DNA of 64,000 bases from Chrysomallon squamiferum (GCA_012295275.1 CM022679.1:17980001-18044000); one strand, 5' to 3'. Counted from the first letter of the stretch, positions 11,741 to 27,000 are shown. The notes: generated from the letters alone by a model not told the origin. Translations and numbers: made by a program.

Positions 11741-14700
11741 TTTATCAGATTATCACTGTTGAAATCACAGTTTGTTTCAGTGGTAAAATGCAAACAAAAC
11801 TTGTTTATTTTAAAATGGATTTGTGAGTCTTTTTCAAAAATAATTAGATGACAATTAAAGAGTATTTGAATAAGTTTACAAGAAACTTTAATTAAATTAT
11901 AACTGACTTACTGAGATGGTGCCAAATTCAATCAAGACCCGAGATCTAATTTGCTGATAAACTGTACTGTGTGATCAGCACCATTTTGATCATAAAACCA
12001 TCAGTTGGTCACTGGTAGCAATTGTTATATTGGAAATGGTCACATTATGTTTTGTTCGAAATAACATTTGAAATTTAACATGATTTCAAATGATACCTGA
12101 CATAGGGTGTAATTGGAATATATCGTAATTTAAGTTAAAATCCAAATTTTCTAGAAAAATATGGTTATTTGTGTGGGTTTTTTCCTGCTTTGCTATATAT
12201 CATTAGAAAGCTTATTTTATTAGCTTTCCAGTGATGCTGTATAGTATGTGCACTCCCAGAGCTGGACACTGCAGATGTTGAGATACAGTTTTCACTGTCA
12301 TGTTTTAAATGCAGGTTACAAATTCACTGAATAACTTACGATATCAAAGGAACAACAAGAAGAAATCTTCATCTTTATTTCCATGCAATTTATAATGTAA
12401 CAGGTTGCTTGTAAGCTGAGTTAAAAGAGCTTAAAAAACACCAATTTTGCATATTTCTTTGCATGCATTTTATTCTCAAGTAAATCTTTGATTCAGAAAG
12501 AACAGACATCTATAAAGGTTTCTAAAACGAAGATTAAATGATAATGTAAACACGTAGTACAATCAGTTTTTTTGGATCACACCAAAAAATGTAAAGTTGT
12601 AACTTCAACAATACTAATATTAGTAAAAATTGTATGTGATATCTCGGCAACCAATGGGCTGGTTTTCATAATGTTAGTGTCACTGAAAAGGGAATACCAT
12701 GAACAAGCCATATACTGTATAATAATAATATAATATAAAATAAGTCATTAATGTACGCTAAAAGTATAGATGCCTAAGGCAATATAGTATGTTTTGCACA
12801 TACCAAACAGTGGTAAATGCACATTGGAAGCATTTAACAGCCCATTCAGATGCATTTTTCCTTTGCTAGCTTGCAAGTTAAAAATTACTTACTGCTTGTT
12901 ACTGCACTCTGTTTTCATTCAAAACCTCTAAATGAATTCTAATTCTGAACTATAAATAAACGAAGTTAGTATCCTCTGTGTGCACAAACTCACATTATTA
13001 CATTTCAGCTACGGATATAGACCTTTTTGACAGGCAGCTGAGGAGGATGTAAACTCAGTACTGTAAAACTGATAATGACCATTCCAGTCATCTTGGTCAA
13101 ATGTGGGGACAAATCCAAACCTTCCCAAATGCCGTTTTAGCTTTTGTCTGCTTCATGGTGTTACAGTATCTTTTTTTTTTTTTTTTTTTCTCTTTGAATT
13201 GATTTGTTCGATTGGTTGTTTAATTTGGTGCCTATTGAAAAGGTTAATCTTACTTCAAAAGTTAATGATCAAGTACACATTTTCCTTCAGTTCAAACAAA
13301 TGTGGGCCACCATACGTTTCAGACATGTTTTGAGCACTGTAAATATATGTGATCAGTAAATATATAATTAAATTACTGTATGAAATGAATTTTTTAAACG
13401 TCAGCATGTTTTTCGTTCTAGGATTATCATTTTCTAGTCATTTTATTCATGTTATGAATCCCTAATACTAATAGCTACATTGTTTAAGTTTCTTTAGCAT
13501 TTAAGAACATTATTTTTATTGATTTTGGTTTGTTTTTGTTGATATCCTATAGCTATTTCTTAATTAGTATTTCCTGCCCAGTGTTAAACAGTGTCCAAGG
13601 AATCAAAGAAACCAGATGCAAGTATGACTTTGACACATACTAAATAACAGTATATAATATGACCAGCTTGTTAGTATCCACAGATAATAAAAGTATTGTA
13701 TTTATATGTTATTATTATTAGTTAACACAAGAAACTAAATTTGGTATATTACCTGAACTGTTGTGTAAAGTCTTAAGTAACAACTACTATAATAAAACTT
13801 GGACTAACAGACAACAGAATCATTCAACATTCTTAAATAACAAGATTACGGAAACCATACAATTTATCTGATAAGATGTGGCCTTCATTTCTGAAATGTA
13901 ACATTGTTATGGACAAAGGCTTAATAGGTATTTAAAATGTAAAACAAAAATGAAAAGCAAAGAACAAAACTATTTAACAGGCACAGTTTACACACTTCTA
14001 AAACTAGTTTTCTGGTTATCAGTTAAAAGGTCTGGATCTGAGCACCTGTATATGGGAAAAAGGTGTTGGTGTGTTGTATTTTCTTTTCTTTTTTAATTTT
14101 GGTTTTTTGGGGTATGTTTTTTTTATAAATTTTTTTTTTTTAATTTATAATATATTTTTCTATTTGTTATTATTTGAATTTAAAATTAACATAACATATA
14201 ATAATCATTATTATCTCCAGTAAAATGACATGGGTAAATGATCTTAAATGAAAATGGTTATATGAATATGAATAAATTGTCAATTACTACTGTTATACCT
14301 TGTAAATTTGTATTAATTCTTAATTATCTCTGTGAAATAATTTCATTAACAGTAAAAAATACCTCCAAGAATTTCTGTTTAATTTTATCAGTCAGCCTTA
14401 GGACTATTTTCTGTGGGCAAACTGCAAGAAGATTGTTTCTGAATTTAAAAAACCCAGTTAGATTTTAATTTTAGTTTTGGTGGAAAAAGCCAAAACCACT
14501 AGCTCTGTTCATGCATATGACATAAATATTTTTAAAATCCATATTATACTGTTTTAAGAATAGTCTTCTGTATTAGTTTTATTGCTTTTTATCAGTATGC
14601 ACATAAATTTATTTGTAATAATTTATGACAGATTTGTGCATTTAAATTTCATCTAATGTAGATTAAAAATGTTATTTGCTGGAAACTAATTATGGCCACT

Positions 14701-16601
14701 CTTTACAACTACAGCTTATTAATATATTGAAATAAAAAGTCAATGATTAAGGAGTCTTAAGCGTCATAACTGAAAAAGGGTTTCTGTTGCCACAGCAGTT
14801 TACTGGCAAAGTTAGGCTATATTTGTGAAGTTATTTAACACCACACTTTGTAATTAACACAACTGCTAAACAAATACTATAAAAAGTAGAGCATATGTCA
14901 TCACAAAATAACTATCAAATCTTTAGATTGTTTTCAGGTGTTAATCCAAGACATTGTGAACAGACTGAAATCATAAATAAGAAGTTTAAATGAATGAACA
15001 CATCTGATCAGTGACAACTGTCATTATGTCAATTTTGTGTTGCCATAGAAATACAAATTTGTTTATTCTTGCGACATAAGCTGTTATTAATGTTTTCCAA
15101 TGATTCATTCAGATGATTAAACACAAATGTTATGTATAATTATTATAATAACTGTGTGTATGTATTTCCTTCTAAAAGAAACCTGAAACATTTATCTAAA
15201 ATTTTTTTTTTTTAATGCACATTATTATTACACTATATTTAGTACAAAAAGAGTTAGTTAGTCCTTGAAACTTTTAATAATATAATTACATTTAAAATTC
15301 ACAAAAAGACAGGTGTCATCATTTACAAATGGACGATGATCTTTATCTTCATCATCCATTTCCAAAGCATGTTCCAGTTTTCTTTTGGAAGTCAAAGGGA
15401 AGGTCCTGGTTTGTGCCCATCTCCAGAAGCCATTGGATTATTGATTCCATTTCTTCAGTGACCTTGCTTTTTTTGGCAGTCTCTTCTGCAATTTTTTTCG
15501 TGCAGACTGTAATTGTTGTTTGTGCGATAGCTTTCATTTACCAAATTTGTGTTTTGTATTGGTTTTCTTTCTTTTCAAAAAATTAAATCTTAAAATAATA
15601 TGCTCGGGACAAAATATCCATGAACAGAAGTAAACAGTGCCACATGAAATAATGCTGATAACCAATCAGAATGCAGCAACAAGTCATGTTATATCGTACA
15701 ACCAATCCATGGGCGATGCTGTCTTAATTTTTTCTCTCATATTTTCAGAGGTTGGTGCATTAAATGAAGGAATATCTTGATGGATTTTGTATCTATTTTT
15801 AGAACATCATTCCCATAATGCTCTGTGAAAATGGGGCTTTTCAACAGTATGCAGAATGTAGATTTTGATGAAGGTTTCAAGAAACATCGAAAATAATGCA
15901 GAATTTGACTACAATGCATTTTTTTTTTGACATAATAAAATTGATTTGGTCTTTTTAACTTGTATGAATAGAAAGTGAATAATTTTTGTAAATGATTGTC
16001 AAAATATCAAAAACAATATTTTTTTCAAATTCTATCTTATTTTGATGGCATGTTCCCTTAAACAAAAAATTACATTTGAAACCCAAGGCTACATTATAAA
16101 TTCCTCTTGAGCAGTACACCTGAAGGTTCTTCATCAAACCTTATGGAATTGTTGATGTTCAGAGTTCAAGCTGGAAATTGAAATGAGTTTACAGCAGTTG
16201 GAAAACTTTTTAAAAATGTAATGAATAATAAATTATAAATCAGTACATATTCAAAATGAATTATTATAAAAAGTTATTTTGATATAGTCAAAAATGAAAT
16301 TAAAAAAATAGTTAATTTATTAGACCACTATATAGTTATTTTCAGTGCTTGTAAAATATATTTGGTTTTAAAAAATGTATTTAGTATTGCCAATTTCATT
16401 ATTAACATTTGAGCTAGAAGACTGCATATTTGAATAAGTTTTAGTTCTCATTATTAGTGCCCTGAATTGTACAGTTAAAATTAGCATTTTGTCATTAGCT
16501 TAATAAAACCAGCAGAAAGAAAATCCAAATAAATGTCTGCCAATAAAATAACACTGTAAATTACTGTTGTAAGTATTTTGTTCATTGGAGTCCCTTGTTA
16601 A

Positions 16602-16757
<156 letters not shown>

Positions 16758-17949
16758 TAGGGTAAACACATTAGTTATAATTTCAGTGCTGAAGCATAAT
16801 TCCTAAACAATGTCTAACAAGTGAAAGGATACACATATATTTCTCTTAAACAGTGTAGAAACATGATTTATTGTGATTTTGTTAAATAATTAAATAAGTA
16901 GCTTGAACTTGGATCAGTCCTCCATTACACAGCCACTCAATAACATCCTATTCTAGTCAGTTACTGTTTTATAAAAAAAAAAAAACCTGCTGTGAATGTT
17001 TTTCAGTCCACTGAGTCATCCGGCTACTTGGTTCCTAAGAGTGGCACAAACATGATCTTTTTTCCACTCAGATTTTTACATTTAAAAATTTTTGGTACCT
17101 TGTATTTTTCAATATTTATTGAGGTGAAGATTGCTGTTTTTCCCTTTTATAAAATTGTCAAATTAGTTTTCGAAAGAATATTTGTTTTTCTTTTTTGAAA
17201 AGTGCAGGTCATTTCAAAATACTCAATTATAACTCAGATTTATACAATTGAGTAAAAACTTGACTATATGTACATTTCATCTTCCCAAGTATGAGAAAAC
17301 ATTTTAAAGTAAATTTACAGTGTATCACATAACAGTGACCTTTTTCACCAGCAGAAAGAGTTTTTTATATGATAATTTTGTTCCTAACATTTATGTACCT
17401 AGACAGGTAGCTGTGTTGTATAATTTGCTTGTTGACCATACAGATTTTTCACTTAATGTCTGTTTCTCTGAATGTCATGAATGTTCTTATTTCTGTTGTA
17501 TATATCTCATTAAAGCAGACAGAACTAACTGGTCTGCAACTAGACGTTTGTTTTGAAGATATAAAAATTAGATTTTTACTAGAAATTGTAATTTGCTAAT
17601 ACTGATATTTTTCACTATTACTGGCAATTATATGTTACTGAATTGGTTTCAGGTAAAATCTTCCTGTTTGTAAGACAAGCTATAAAATTAAAATTTTACT
17701 TTGTTTATTTTATATGTCATTGACATTATGTTGAAACAGTGTTGTTTTTCTATTCATCTGAATAAAATGTCTTAGATTTTTTATTACTTATTTATTTTTA
17801 ACATCAGTTTTAAGAATTGTTTTAAAATAAACCTTTATGCAAAATGTAGTATAAAATATCTTTCACTTATTCTTGAGAAAAAGAAGTAGAATGAAAACAT
17901 TTTATTTGTTTTGGATACATAATAACTGAAATGGGTACCAGACCAATTA

Positions 17950-18268
17950 TACGGATTCCTTGGTGCCTGGGGCATTCCAGATTTCGGTATTTTCCAATAT
18001 TCTGGTACCAAGGCATCTAAATATGTAAATAATTAGGCATAAACATTTTAAAATTAAAAACAACAAGAAAATTGACGATACACAATTGTTGTGACTCAAC
18101 ATGTAAACAATGCAGTGAGTGAATGAACGCGACACGGCTGAAAGATCTGGTCTGGTGAGGACAAGACCTGTGCATGCACGAACTATGAAAATAGCATCGG
18201 GGAAAAAAACTTCCAGTTTTCTGATCTTTCTGGATTTCAAGATGCTGGATAATTGGTCTAATATCTAT
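17950..18268. mobile_element. Probable Tc1/mariner-pogo MITE remnant
   Basis: GC-richer island with ccagatttcggtattttcc / ctggatttcaagatgctggataa subterminal-type motifs; TIRs not clean. Confidence 0.4.
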
Positions 18269-18639
18269 AATATGATTCAGTATGTTTAATTTAGGACTGT
18301 ACATGTCATAACTAATTGTTTTTTTTTATGTTGATCAAGCTCCCTCTAGTGTGACAGAATGTTTATTTGCAAAGGACAAAATAATATTAATACTACTACT
18401 GATAATAATAAATGATGTATTAGCAAATAAAAAGAGATTACTATTTTTAAGAAATTGCATTTATTTCCTTCATTTCACAAAACAGCCTGCAGTGTCTGTG
18501 CAAACAGTACCTTTACAGTAATAATTATATTTGTTTCTAAAACAATTAGTTAATTATTAATTATTATTTATGGTAATTCTAAAAAAGAAAAAATATTAAA
18601 CACTAAATATTGTATGTTACTGACAAAATGGTAATTGCT

Positions 18640-18725
18640 GGGTCATTCCATCACAAATCACCCCCCCTCAAAAAAAATATATTTTAAACCTGACCATCTC
18701 AGATTTTTATGACACATGGTATACT
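18640..18725 (+). mobile_element. Isolated terminus of the same Sola2-like family as 34550-37033
   Basis: GGGTCATTCC...tgaccatctcagatttttatga...tggtata is an inverted match to 36955-37033. Confidence 0.6.
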
Positions 18726-19286
18726 GTACTTTGTTAAGCAAAACCAGGTGGCTGAGTGATGCTTCATGTATGTAACAATACTGCATGAATAAACATGTAT
18801 TTTCAGAAGTACTTTTAAGGTTTTTTTAAAGCAACTGTACAGAAAAAACAAATAAGGTGCCATTTTTTTCTGTTGCCAATTTTTCCAGTGCCATTTAGTC
18901 CTACAACTCTCTGTAACATGAAATCAATCAATTTATAATCTTTTTATGAAATATATTGATAATTCTTGTGCAGATAAAGTAGTAGAATTTATTGATCATT
19001 AATCAATGTAAACAGTAATCCCATATTTGGGGCAGAGTTTTCCTTAACAGCAATTGGTCGCTGCATGAATGAACTACTGTCAGAGAACTATATTTTCTCT
19101 GTGATATTGTAGTGTTTTTTGTTTTGTTTTTTTAGTTATTCATTTTATTATGTGATCTAAAATATTTTTCTGTTTATAAGCACTAAGAATAGAAATTGTC
19201 TTTCTTACAAATAATAATGGAAATCTGGCTTAAAGGAGACTAGTTTCTGTAAATGTCTGTTTTTGGTTAATACAGTATTTTACATA

Positions 19287-19970
19287 CAGTGGTACTTCGA
19301 CTTACGAGTGCCCCAACTTACAAGTTTTCTGAGTTATGAGCAGTCATGTGGTTGATTTTTTGCTTTGAGTTGCAAGCAGAAATCTGAGTTATGAGCAAGC
19401 TTCAGATACGCAGCTGCTAGTTAGCATAAAACAAACAACACAACATTCAGCCAGCATCCTGTATCTCACTCTTTTAGTTACCGCCTCGCGGAAGCATCTC
19501 TGTTGTGTTTGTGTTTTGTGCAGTATTTTGCCAAATTTCTTTTTTCTGACAATGGATCGTAAGAACGTGAGTGCAAAGGACAGCGATGAGAAGAAGAAGC
19601 AGACGCATTAAAGCATGTAATCATGTGAGGAGTGCATATAGTTGACTTTGCTACTGCTAGGCAGTACAAGTGTAGTACTATATTGAAGCAAAAGGAGTCA
19701 ATAAAGGCTGTAACTGTAGCCATAGGCATTAAAATAATTTGTGTGATTATCAGGATAAATACACTTTACAAAACCAATTTATTTCTTTACATTCTCTTTT
19801 TTATTTTTTTTTTATATAATATTTGTCATTTATAAATACATTTTTAAATTATGGGGTTTGGGGGGGCTGGAACAGATTAATGTTTTTTCAGTTAATTTCA
19901 GTTGGGAAAATTGATTTGATATACGATCAAATTGAGTTATGAGCACAGTCACAGAACAAATTAAACTTTT
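19287..19970 (+). mobile_element. Tigger/pogo element, copy 3
   Basis: TA|CAGTGGTACTTCGACTTACGAG left end; HTH remnant HIVDFATARQYKCSTILKQKESIKAV. Confidence 0.82.
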
Positions 19971-19974
19971 AAAT

Positions 19975-21870
19975 CATAAAAATAAAAACTACATTCTCTG
20001 GATCAAATGAAAGCTCATTTGTTTACGGTTCAAACAATGTGTGCCACTGTGATGTGCCACGTTTGGTGTAGAGCAGCTCTGCACTTGAAAGTAGCAAGTG
20101 CTTGGTGAAATCACCTTTAAGTTACGTTATCTACAGAGTAAAATTGCAACTAGAAAGGACTGGCGCTGTTTAGAATGATTATATGTTGTTTATATTTTTA
20201 ATAACTTGTAAGATCCATATTTTATTATATGTTATGACTTACTGTATATAAGATGAATATGTTCTGAAATAAACTAATTAACTGTTTTGCTGATTACTAT
20301 CTTCCGTTCTAAAACAGTTGATTATTTTGCTTTCAAAATTCTTGTGATAAACGGCGAATTAAGAATTGTAAACATAACAAAGTATACTACATAACAGAAC
20401 AATATATTCCGAGGTATTGATGGAATGCTGAATAAAAAAATAAACATTTCTTTTTAATATCATAAAATTGTAAATTGATCAGTTTTAAAACTTAGATTAT
20501 TTTTGCTTGTTGATAAACTCTATCAGAGAAAAGTTCAACAATGGTCAGATGATAGGTAACTTTTGTTTGCTGTCAAATCACAGTAAGTACATAATTTTTT
20601 TATGTCTGCTTCAATTACCACACCTGTGTCTTTAATTGCCTCTAGTCTCATGATTACATACATTTTTTAATTAATACCTGCAACACCTTTCTGGAGTAGA
20701 ATCCAAGGATTAGCCAAGTTTATGTATTGCAGAGGATTATAGCTAAACATAAAATACTTGTAGTCCTTTTAAGTAATATTTATATACACATCACAGTATC
20801 TTAACTTACTACTACTAATTATTTAATTGAGTGAAAATTCAAGCTGCTTATGTAAATAAAGTTGTGCTGTTCCATATAAAGGTGTTTGACCCATATCAGT
20901 TAGGGTTCTTTGTTGATATTTTTTTTTAAATGGCCACTCCTTTGTCATTTAACTACCTTAAAATGCAATATGACCCTAAAATAAAATGGATCTGAAGTTC
21001 AAACATACGTTAAGCTATAGATAAAAAAAGGAATCACATTTAAAAAAAAAAAAATCTTCCAATGACTGCAGCAATGGCAGATCAGCTGCTCTTTAAACTA
21101 TAAACAACAACAAATAAATGTTAAATTCTAATTAATTCTTGCTGAAACTACCCTGACTTGTTTTCTCAAAGTTTTGGCATTTACAGTGCCCAAAAATATA
21201 TGGTTGCTGTGGACTGAATTGAAAAGGTAATTTTTTTGTTATGGGCTTGGGGCATAAAAATTATCTTAAAAATTTAGACTCAAGTTTGTCATTTGAAAGA
21301 TTTTGACAGATTGTTCACAAGGCTGGTTGAATATTTCAAATAAGACCAAAATGATTAAAAGTGCAAGCACAATGTCTGCTTGCACTTTTAATCATTTTAG
21401 GAGAATTCTGCTGTGTGTCAATTTGAAGATTTTGGCATGTTTAGCATGTTATTGTGAACACACATACAAATATACAGGTCTGAAAAAAATTGAGCTCATT
21501 TAGCAAGTTGGTTCTAGCACTCTTGTCGATTTTAAGTCTTTTGTATCAATTATTTTTCAAAGTACAGTTGGCCATAATTGCCCTTTCTAATAATATGCCA
21601 AAATATGGTTGAAAACAGATTAAATACCTGTTGTACCAATTTGCATATATCTTTTGAACTGCTGGAGATAGTCATAATTTTTGGTGTGTTTTGTTTCTTT
21701 TTGCTACAGCTTTCATTTTGTGCAAATGTTCTTGCATATTATATGAAATTAAAGTCAGAACAAATTTGCCTGCTGGTACCTGCACTGTTATAATTTTCTA
21801 TAATAATAATATATGCTTTCTTTTATTGATTTAATTTTACATCACTGATACTTTCATAAATTTTTATGTC
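19975..21870 (+). repeat. Unclassified dispersed repeat family R1, copy A
   Basis: 20521-20660 is a near-exact reverse complement of 32655-32795; collinear inverted match continues along most of its length; 21060-21780 also matches 40700-41360 directly. Confidence 0.85.
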
Positions 21871-22004
21871 ATGTTCTTGTCATTTTATTGAAATAGTCCA
21901 TCAAGGCATACCATGTAAATTTTATATACAGCTGTCATAGTTTTATTTGAAATAATTTCTTTTGGTCAGTTTGGTTATGTTGTACTAAATATGTTTTTTT
22001 ATTT

Positions 22005-22721
22005 TTACCATAGTTACCATGCTTGGTGGAAAAATGTCTGCTAATGTATTCCTTCAATATGGCAAAACCCAACACACTGTCAATCTTCTGCTTTTTTTTT
22101 TTGCATGCTCATGTTATTATGGAAGATGATGCTAGTGTTGGAGGTAGAGATGGCATTGCATAGCTGAGAGAATATGGTGGATATATACACCGACACGCCC
22201 CATTTCAGTACATAGTTTCAGTCACAGTTTGAATAACAGATTGGCGCACAAAAGTGTTTTGCTGAGCCTGTAAGTTGGTTACCAACCTTACAGCAGTAGC
22301 AGCCCTTTCTTCAGATGACCAGTTGTTACCATAGTTACCATGCTTGGTGGAGAAATGTCTGCTAATGTATTCCTTCAATATGGCAAAACCCAACACACTG
22401 TCAATCTTCTGCTTTTTTTTTGCATGCTCATGTTGTTATGGAAGGTGATGCTAGTGATGGAGGTAGAGATGGAGGTAGAGATGGCATTGCATAGCTGAGA
22501 GAATATGGTGGATATATACACCGACACGCCCCATTTCAGTACATAGTTTCAGTCACAGTTTCGATTGGTTTTCAATGGAATGTCACATGATCGTTTGAAT
22601 GTGCCAATCGTAATTGCCATCTGTAGTTGGTAGTGAAGAAAGGCCCAGGCTAGTTGCTGGCGGGCCAGATAAAATGACATGTGCCAGATATGGCCTGCAG
22701 GCCCTAGTTTGCCCACCTTTG
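22005..22721 (-). mobile_element. hAT (Charlie/GTF2IRD2-like) transposon 5' fragment with an internal tandem duplication
   Basis: Terminus on minus strand CAAAGGTGGGCAAACTAGGGCC; ORF remnant LKEYISRHFSTKH; 22005-22230 is duplicated at 22326-22561. Confidence 0.75.
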
Positions 22722-23250
22722 TACTAATGTATAGTATCCAACTGGGATAATTTAAAAAATACTTGCGTTGAAGTGTGATATTTTAAATGGAAGGATATTG
22801 GAATTGCAAACTTAACAGAAGATGATTTTGTTTAAATGTTTACAGCTCAGGTAACAAATAGCTACTGATTGTCTGAAGGTTTCAGTATATATTGATGACA
22901 CCTTTTTTATCATTGATGTTGAATCAACTTTGTCTAGACAGAAGCTCAATTTTTATCTTGATGTATTTCCGAGACCAAAAATTTACATTAACACAGGTTA
23001 TTTAGTTTTTTTCAAATTATTAATTATTTAAAAAGATAGCCTAGAGTGATTAGAAGAGATACTGATTTTTATTTTATAAAGAAATGGAAAAGTCTAATTG
23101 ACTAAAGCTATTTGTTATTTCAGTCCTCAGCATGCTCATTGCATTGCTTCTGTTTAATCTAAAAGGTTGTGTTAGGTGCTAATCATCTTAGGAAAAGACC
23201 ATGTAATTTATAGATAGCTCTTTTAAATATTTGGATAATTTATTTGTTTT

Positions 23251-23317
23251 AATTTTATTTTACTTTATTTTATTTTACTTTATTTTACTTTATTTTGTTT
23301 TATTTTACTTTATATTT
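23251..23317. repeat. (ATTTT/ACTTT)n pentanucleotide microsatellite
   Basis: Read directly from the sequence. Confidence 0.85.
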
Positions 23318-24699
23318 TGCTATATATATTTAATGCATCTTCTGGCCTATTTCCCAGCCATCATAAGCATTCTTAAACTTCATCATCTTCTACTGGTGGT
23401 TGATATTAAACATGTATTTAGTTATTCATTTTTAGATATTTGAAACTGAAATAATAAATTAGTAAGTTTTTGTCATTAGCAAATGTTCTTTTAAAGCAGG
23501 TTAAACAATGTAATACAGTTTCAAAGATGGGAATTTCTGTTTCACTTGTAACATTTTTTTTTTTTTTTTTTTTTTTTTCAGCCTATTGAGTCACAAAGAG
23601 TCAGATCCTAATAGTTTTATCATTATTGTTCTTTAGTAAGTATTTCTTTCACCAGGATCCGTTTTACAGATGCAGCACCTATGTGGCTGGTTTAACCAAG
23701 CACATGAAGGAAGTGGGAATTACCTCAGATTTGTGTTACAGTTTATTTGCAGGTCGGCAGCACCAAGACAGACATTTAGACAGACATATGTTTTATCAAA
23801 AAACTTGCTGCTTTTTTAGATCAGTGACAGATTAATATAACATGATTGTATTTTTGTTTTTTTTTAAATCGTATATTAGTATGATTGCTTTTGAAAAACA
23901 GTTGATGAAATTAAATTAAGAAACACCTCATAAATTCTGTTATGAGACTTGGAAATAAATCATTATATGGTTACTGTAAATGATACTTTATTTAATATAA
24001 CAGGATTAATAAATGAAATTACTTTGCAAGCCTCGAATGAATACACTAAATATAAATAAAGTAAATCCTAATTTTAAAATTTATTAATCAGTTAAAATGT
24101 GTTTAACCCCTAATCAAAAAAATCCCCCAAAAGAACAGATAGTATTTATAACAAAATATATCCATACTGTTCATAACATAAAACTATTGAAATGTATTAT
24201 ACCTGTATAACTAGACACAAAATTAAACATCCAATGCAATTTTAATAAGGAAAAAATACTCATGTTGAATAATGGATACAATTTCTTTTTTATTGTTGAA
24301 AAAGAGAACATCCTTGTTTTTATTTGTCTTTTGTCATGGACTGTTACCATTGGATTTGATGTACTAGTTATTATTTGATTTATATTACAATAGAAGATCA
24401 TCATTTAGCAATCATAAAATTGACTAATTATGAAAAATCACTGATAAATGCCTGAAAAAAAAAGGTAGCATGTTTGACAAAGACATTCTTTTAATGTAAA
24501 TAACATAATACTTTATTGTGTTGTTCTTTATGCTGCAATTTATTTGGTCCTATGATTGTGATAAGAAACTGATCAGGAATAAGTTGTTGGTCCTATGTCA
24601 GTTTTCTTTTTTTATCTCATGGAATGTCAGGGTTTAATCATTAGAAGGAAATAAAATTAATTTCAGTGATGCATGAATATAAATGTTTGTAGTACAATT

Positions 24700-25450
24700 A
24701 TGAGGTATTAAAATGTATTAGGTCAGTTTGTACCAATTTTGTGATTTGTGCATAAATCCCTAAAATAAATCTTTCATCCAATGAAGGACAAATTAGTAAA
24801 CCATTGTAGAACACTTTTTTCCAACATTTTTGAGAAGCATACCTTCATAAAGCTTGCCTAATTAAGATAAATTTTTTGCAGAATTGCAGATTTTCTGCTG
24901 TTTTTATTGCACCAAGCATGAATAGACACTATGGGCCATATACCAGAAGAATTGTTGTGATGTCAACTTTGATTATCTGGTGTGTTATCTCATATTAAAA
25001 CTGGTTGTGTAGCAGTTTTGGTCAGTTAAAAGTATGATACTACAATGATTTATATGTAAACAATATTGTTACCACCAGCTGAAAGAAGCATGCTGATTGG
25101 CCAGATAGCATTGAGTCTGCACACTTAGGGTTTTGTGGATTGCTTTCTGTTCCATTCTTGGACAAAGGCAGTCATTTTGTTTACAAAATTCTAGAATTAA
25201 ACTCAATTTTAGGATCATAAAAATAACAATCTGTACAAAAAAAAAAATTCTGTGAGTACAGGTGTTAGTAGTATTGCTCAAATGCTCCAAAAAAAACAAA
25301 AGAAGAAGACTAATTGCATAAGAGTTGGTTTATTTTTGCTTGAATTGTTGATTAGCTCTGTCAGAGAAACTATCAACAAAAATCAGATAGGTAATTTTCA
25401 GTCAAGTACAAAGCGAGCAAAGCAGTTATGGCCTGGGATGTAGATAAGCT
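24700..25450 (+). repeat. Dispersed repeat family R2, copy A
   Basis: Collinear diverged match to 55310-55930 (gatttgtgcataaatc; gaagcatacc; tttttattgcac.aagca; gcatgctga.tggccaga; ttaa.ctcaattttagga). Confidence 0.75.
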
Positions 25451-26109
25451 TTTATAAATGGTCCTAAAATGAATTCTTCATTGTGGGACTTGTTGATGTG
25501 TACCAATTAGGATCTGTCTATGCCCTTTTATCTGGTTGACTGTGTGTGCAGTCAAACGGTAACGGCAAACTAATTCTATACCACAGTGCAGTTGTTAGCA
25601 CTAAGACTTTGTTTCAGTTGTTATGTTGTTGGTATTACAAATAAATAAAATAAAACTTAATTGTAAATTGATATACAACAATGCCTAAGTTTTAGTGTCT
25701 CTTGTGTAAACCTATCTGTCCGTATCTGTCATGTGTCTGTCTCTCTGTATCTAAATCTGTATTTTGATTTGCATATGTTAATACAACAAATAGTTCAATT
25801 TAAAATAGAATAACATTTTTATTCAAACTTTAGTAATACATTAATTGTTTCCATAATTCAGTTCCACGATTCATTTAGAACACAAACCATACAATAATGA
25901 CAAGTATGACCATAATGGAGACTATAGCTACTAAAAGAAATTAAATATTCAAAGAGAAGTATATATGTAAGAGAACAACAAAACACAGAATAAATAAATA
26001 AATAAACAAACAAACAAACAAAATAGTAAATAATGAAACAAACAAATGATGAAAAAATGAAGAAGGAAAGCAAATGAAGGTGATTTATTTTAAATAATAT
26101 TTCTGTTGC

Positions 26110-27000
26110 TTCTCACAGCTTTCAGTTGAAATGCAAAAGTTTTCAATGTGGTTGTATGACTCGTGGGTGATTTGATTGATTTTATGGTGCCACCCTTCCA
26201 AGTGGTTATTTGTCTGGTGACTGTCACTGCCAATGTGGTTCCACATTGTTGGAGTCTATGGCCCTTCTATCCAGGTGTTAGTGGCATAGTCCATGAGTAA
26301 TGTTAACTTTTCATTCTGGGGACTGTTGGCAATTGTGTCAGCCCAAATATGCTCAACTTTGTCCAGCAGGTCCATCAGAAGGGCTGAAGCACACCTTACT
26401 GTCTTTTGTAAATCATTGTTTTCAATGTATTCTGAAGCCAGTCCTCAGTCATGTGGTGGGGAATACAGTGCATACAGCATTGTGAGTAGTTCTCTCAAAG
26501 TCCATCTGAAACATCCTAGGAGTGAAATGGGTAATGTTTTGTGGCGTTGTCAGTATAGTACCATCTTGATGGCACTAAAATGAGGAATCTCAGCTAACAA
26601 ACTGCCAGGCACAGCTTCATGATTCTTGCTCAGATTGGAGATTTCATAACCATAAATCTTCATAGTTTGTGTAGTTTCCATTTTAGCCCGGTCAGTGAGT
26701 TTTGCCTTGAATGTGTCTACGTGCTTAATGAATGGCACTGCTGTATGGTTGAGCTGCATCTGTTTTGCCATCTACAACATGTTGTCTACAGTCACAACGT
26801 ATGCTGTGTACTGCGCGTTAACACATTCCCAATGATTATATTCTCTTGCCATTCTTTTATTTATATGAAATGTATGCTTGTTATAATATAGATGCCTGCT
26901 GCCTTGTATTGTATCAATACAAGTCACTTGAACCTGTTCAGCTGCCATTATATTAAATGTGAAAGCATTTCCCATTTTGATGCAAAACTTTATGTAGATT
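26110..27000 (-). mobile_element. Mutator-like (MULE) transposase remnant with an N-terminal FLYWCH-type zinc finger
   Basis: Minus-strand GSRHLYYNKHTFHINKRMAREYNHWECVNAQYTA..LNH, and by hand translation of 26160-26297 MDYATNTWIEGP*TPTMWNHIGSDSHQTNNHLEGWHHKIN (MULE WN..RTNNxxEGWH motif); in-frame stops present. Confidence 0.8.

Noticed and set aside
15329-15740. Coding-like minus-strand fragment (..EEMESIIQWLLEMGTNQDLPF..)
   Set aside because: Probably a transposon remnant, but I found no diagnostic motif or termini to support a call.
23670-23752. Exon-like GC-richer segment (ttttacag|ATGCAGCAC...TGCAG|gtcggc) in intron 3
   Set aside because: Stop codon in the phase needed after exon 3, no similarity to CaMKII exons, and a weak donor.
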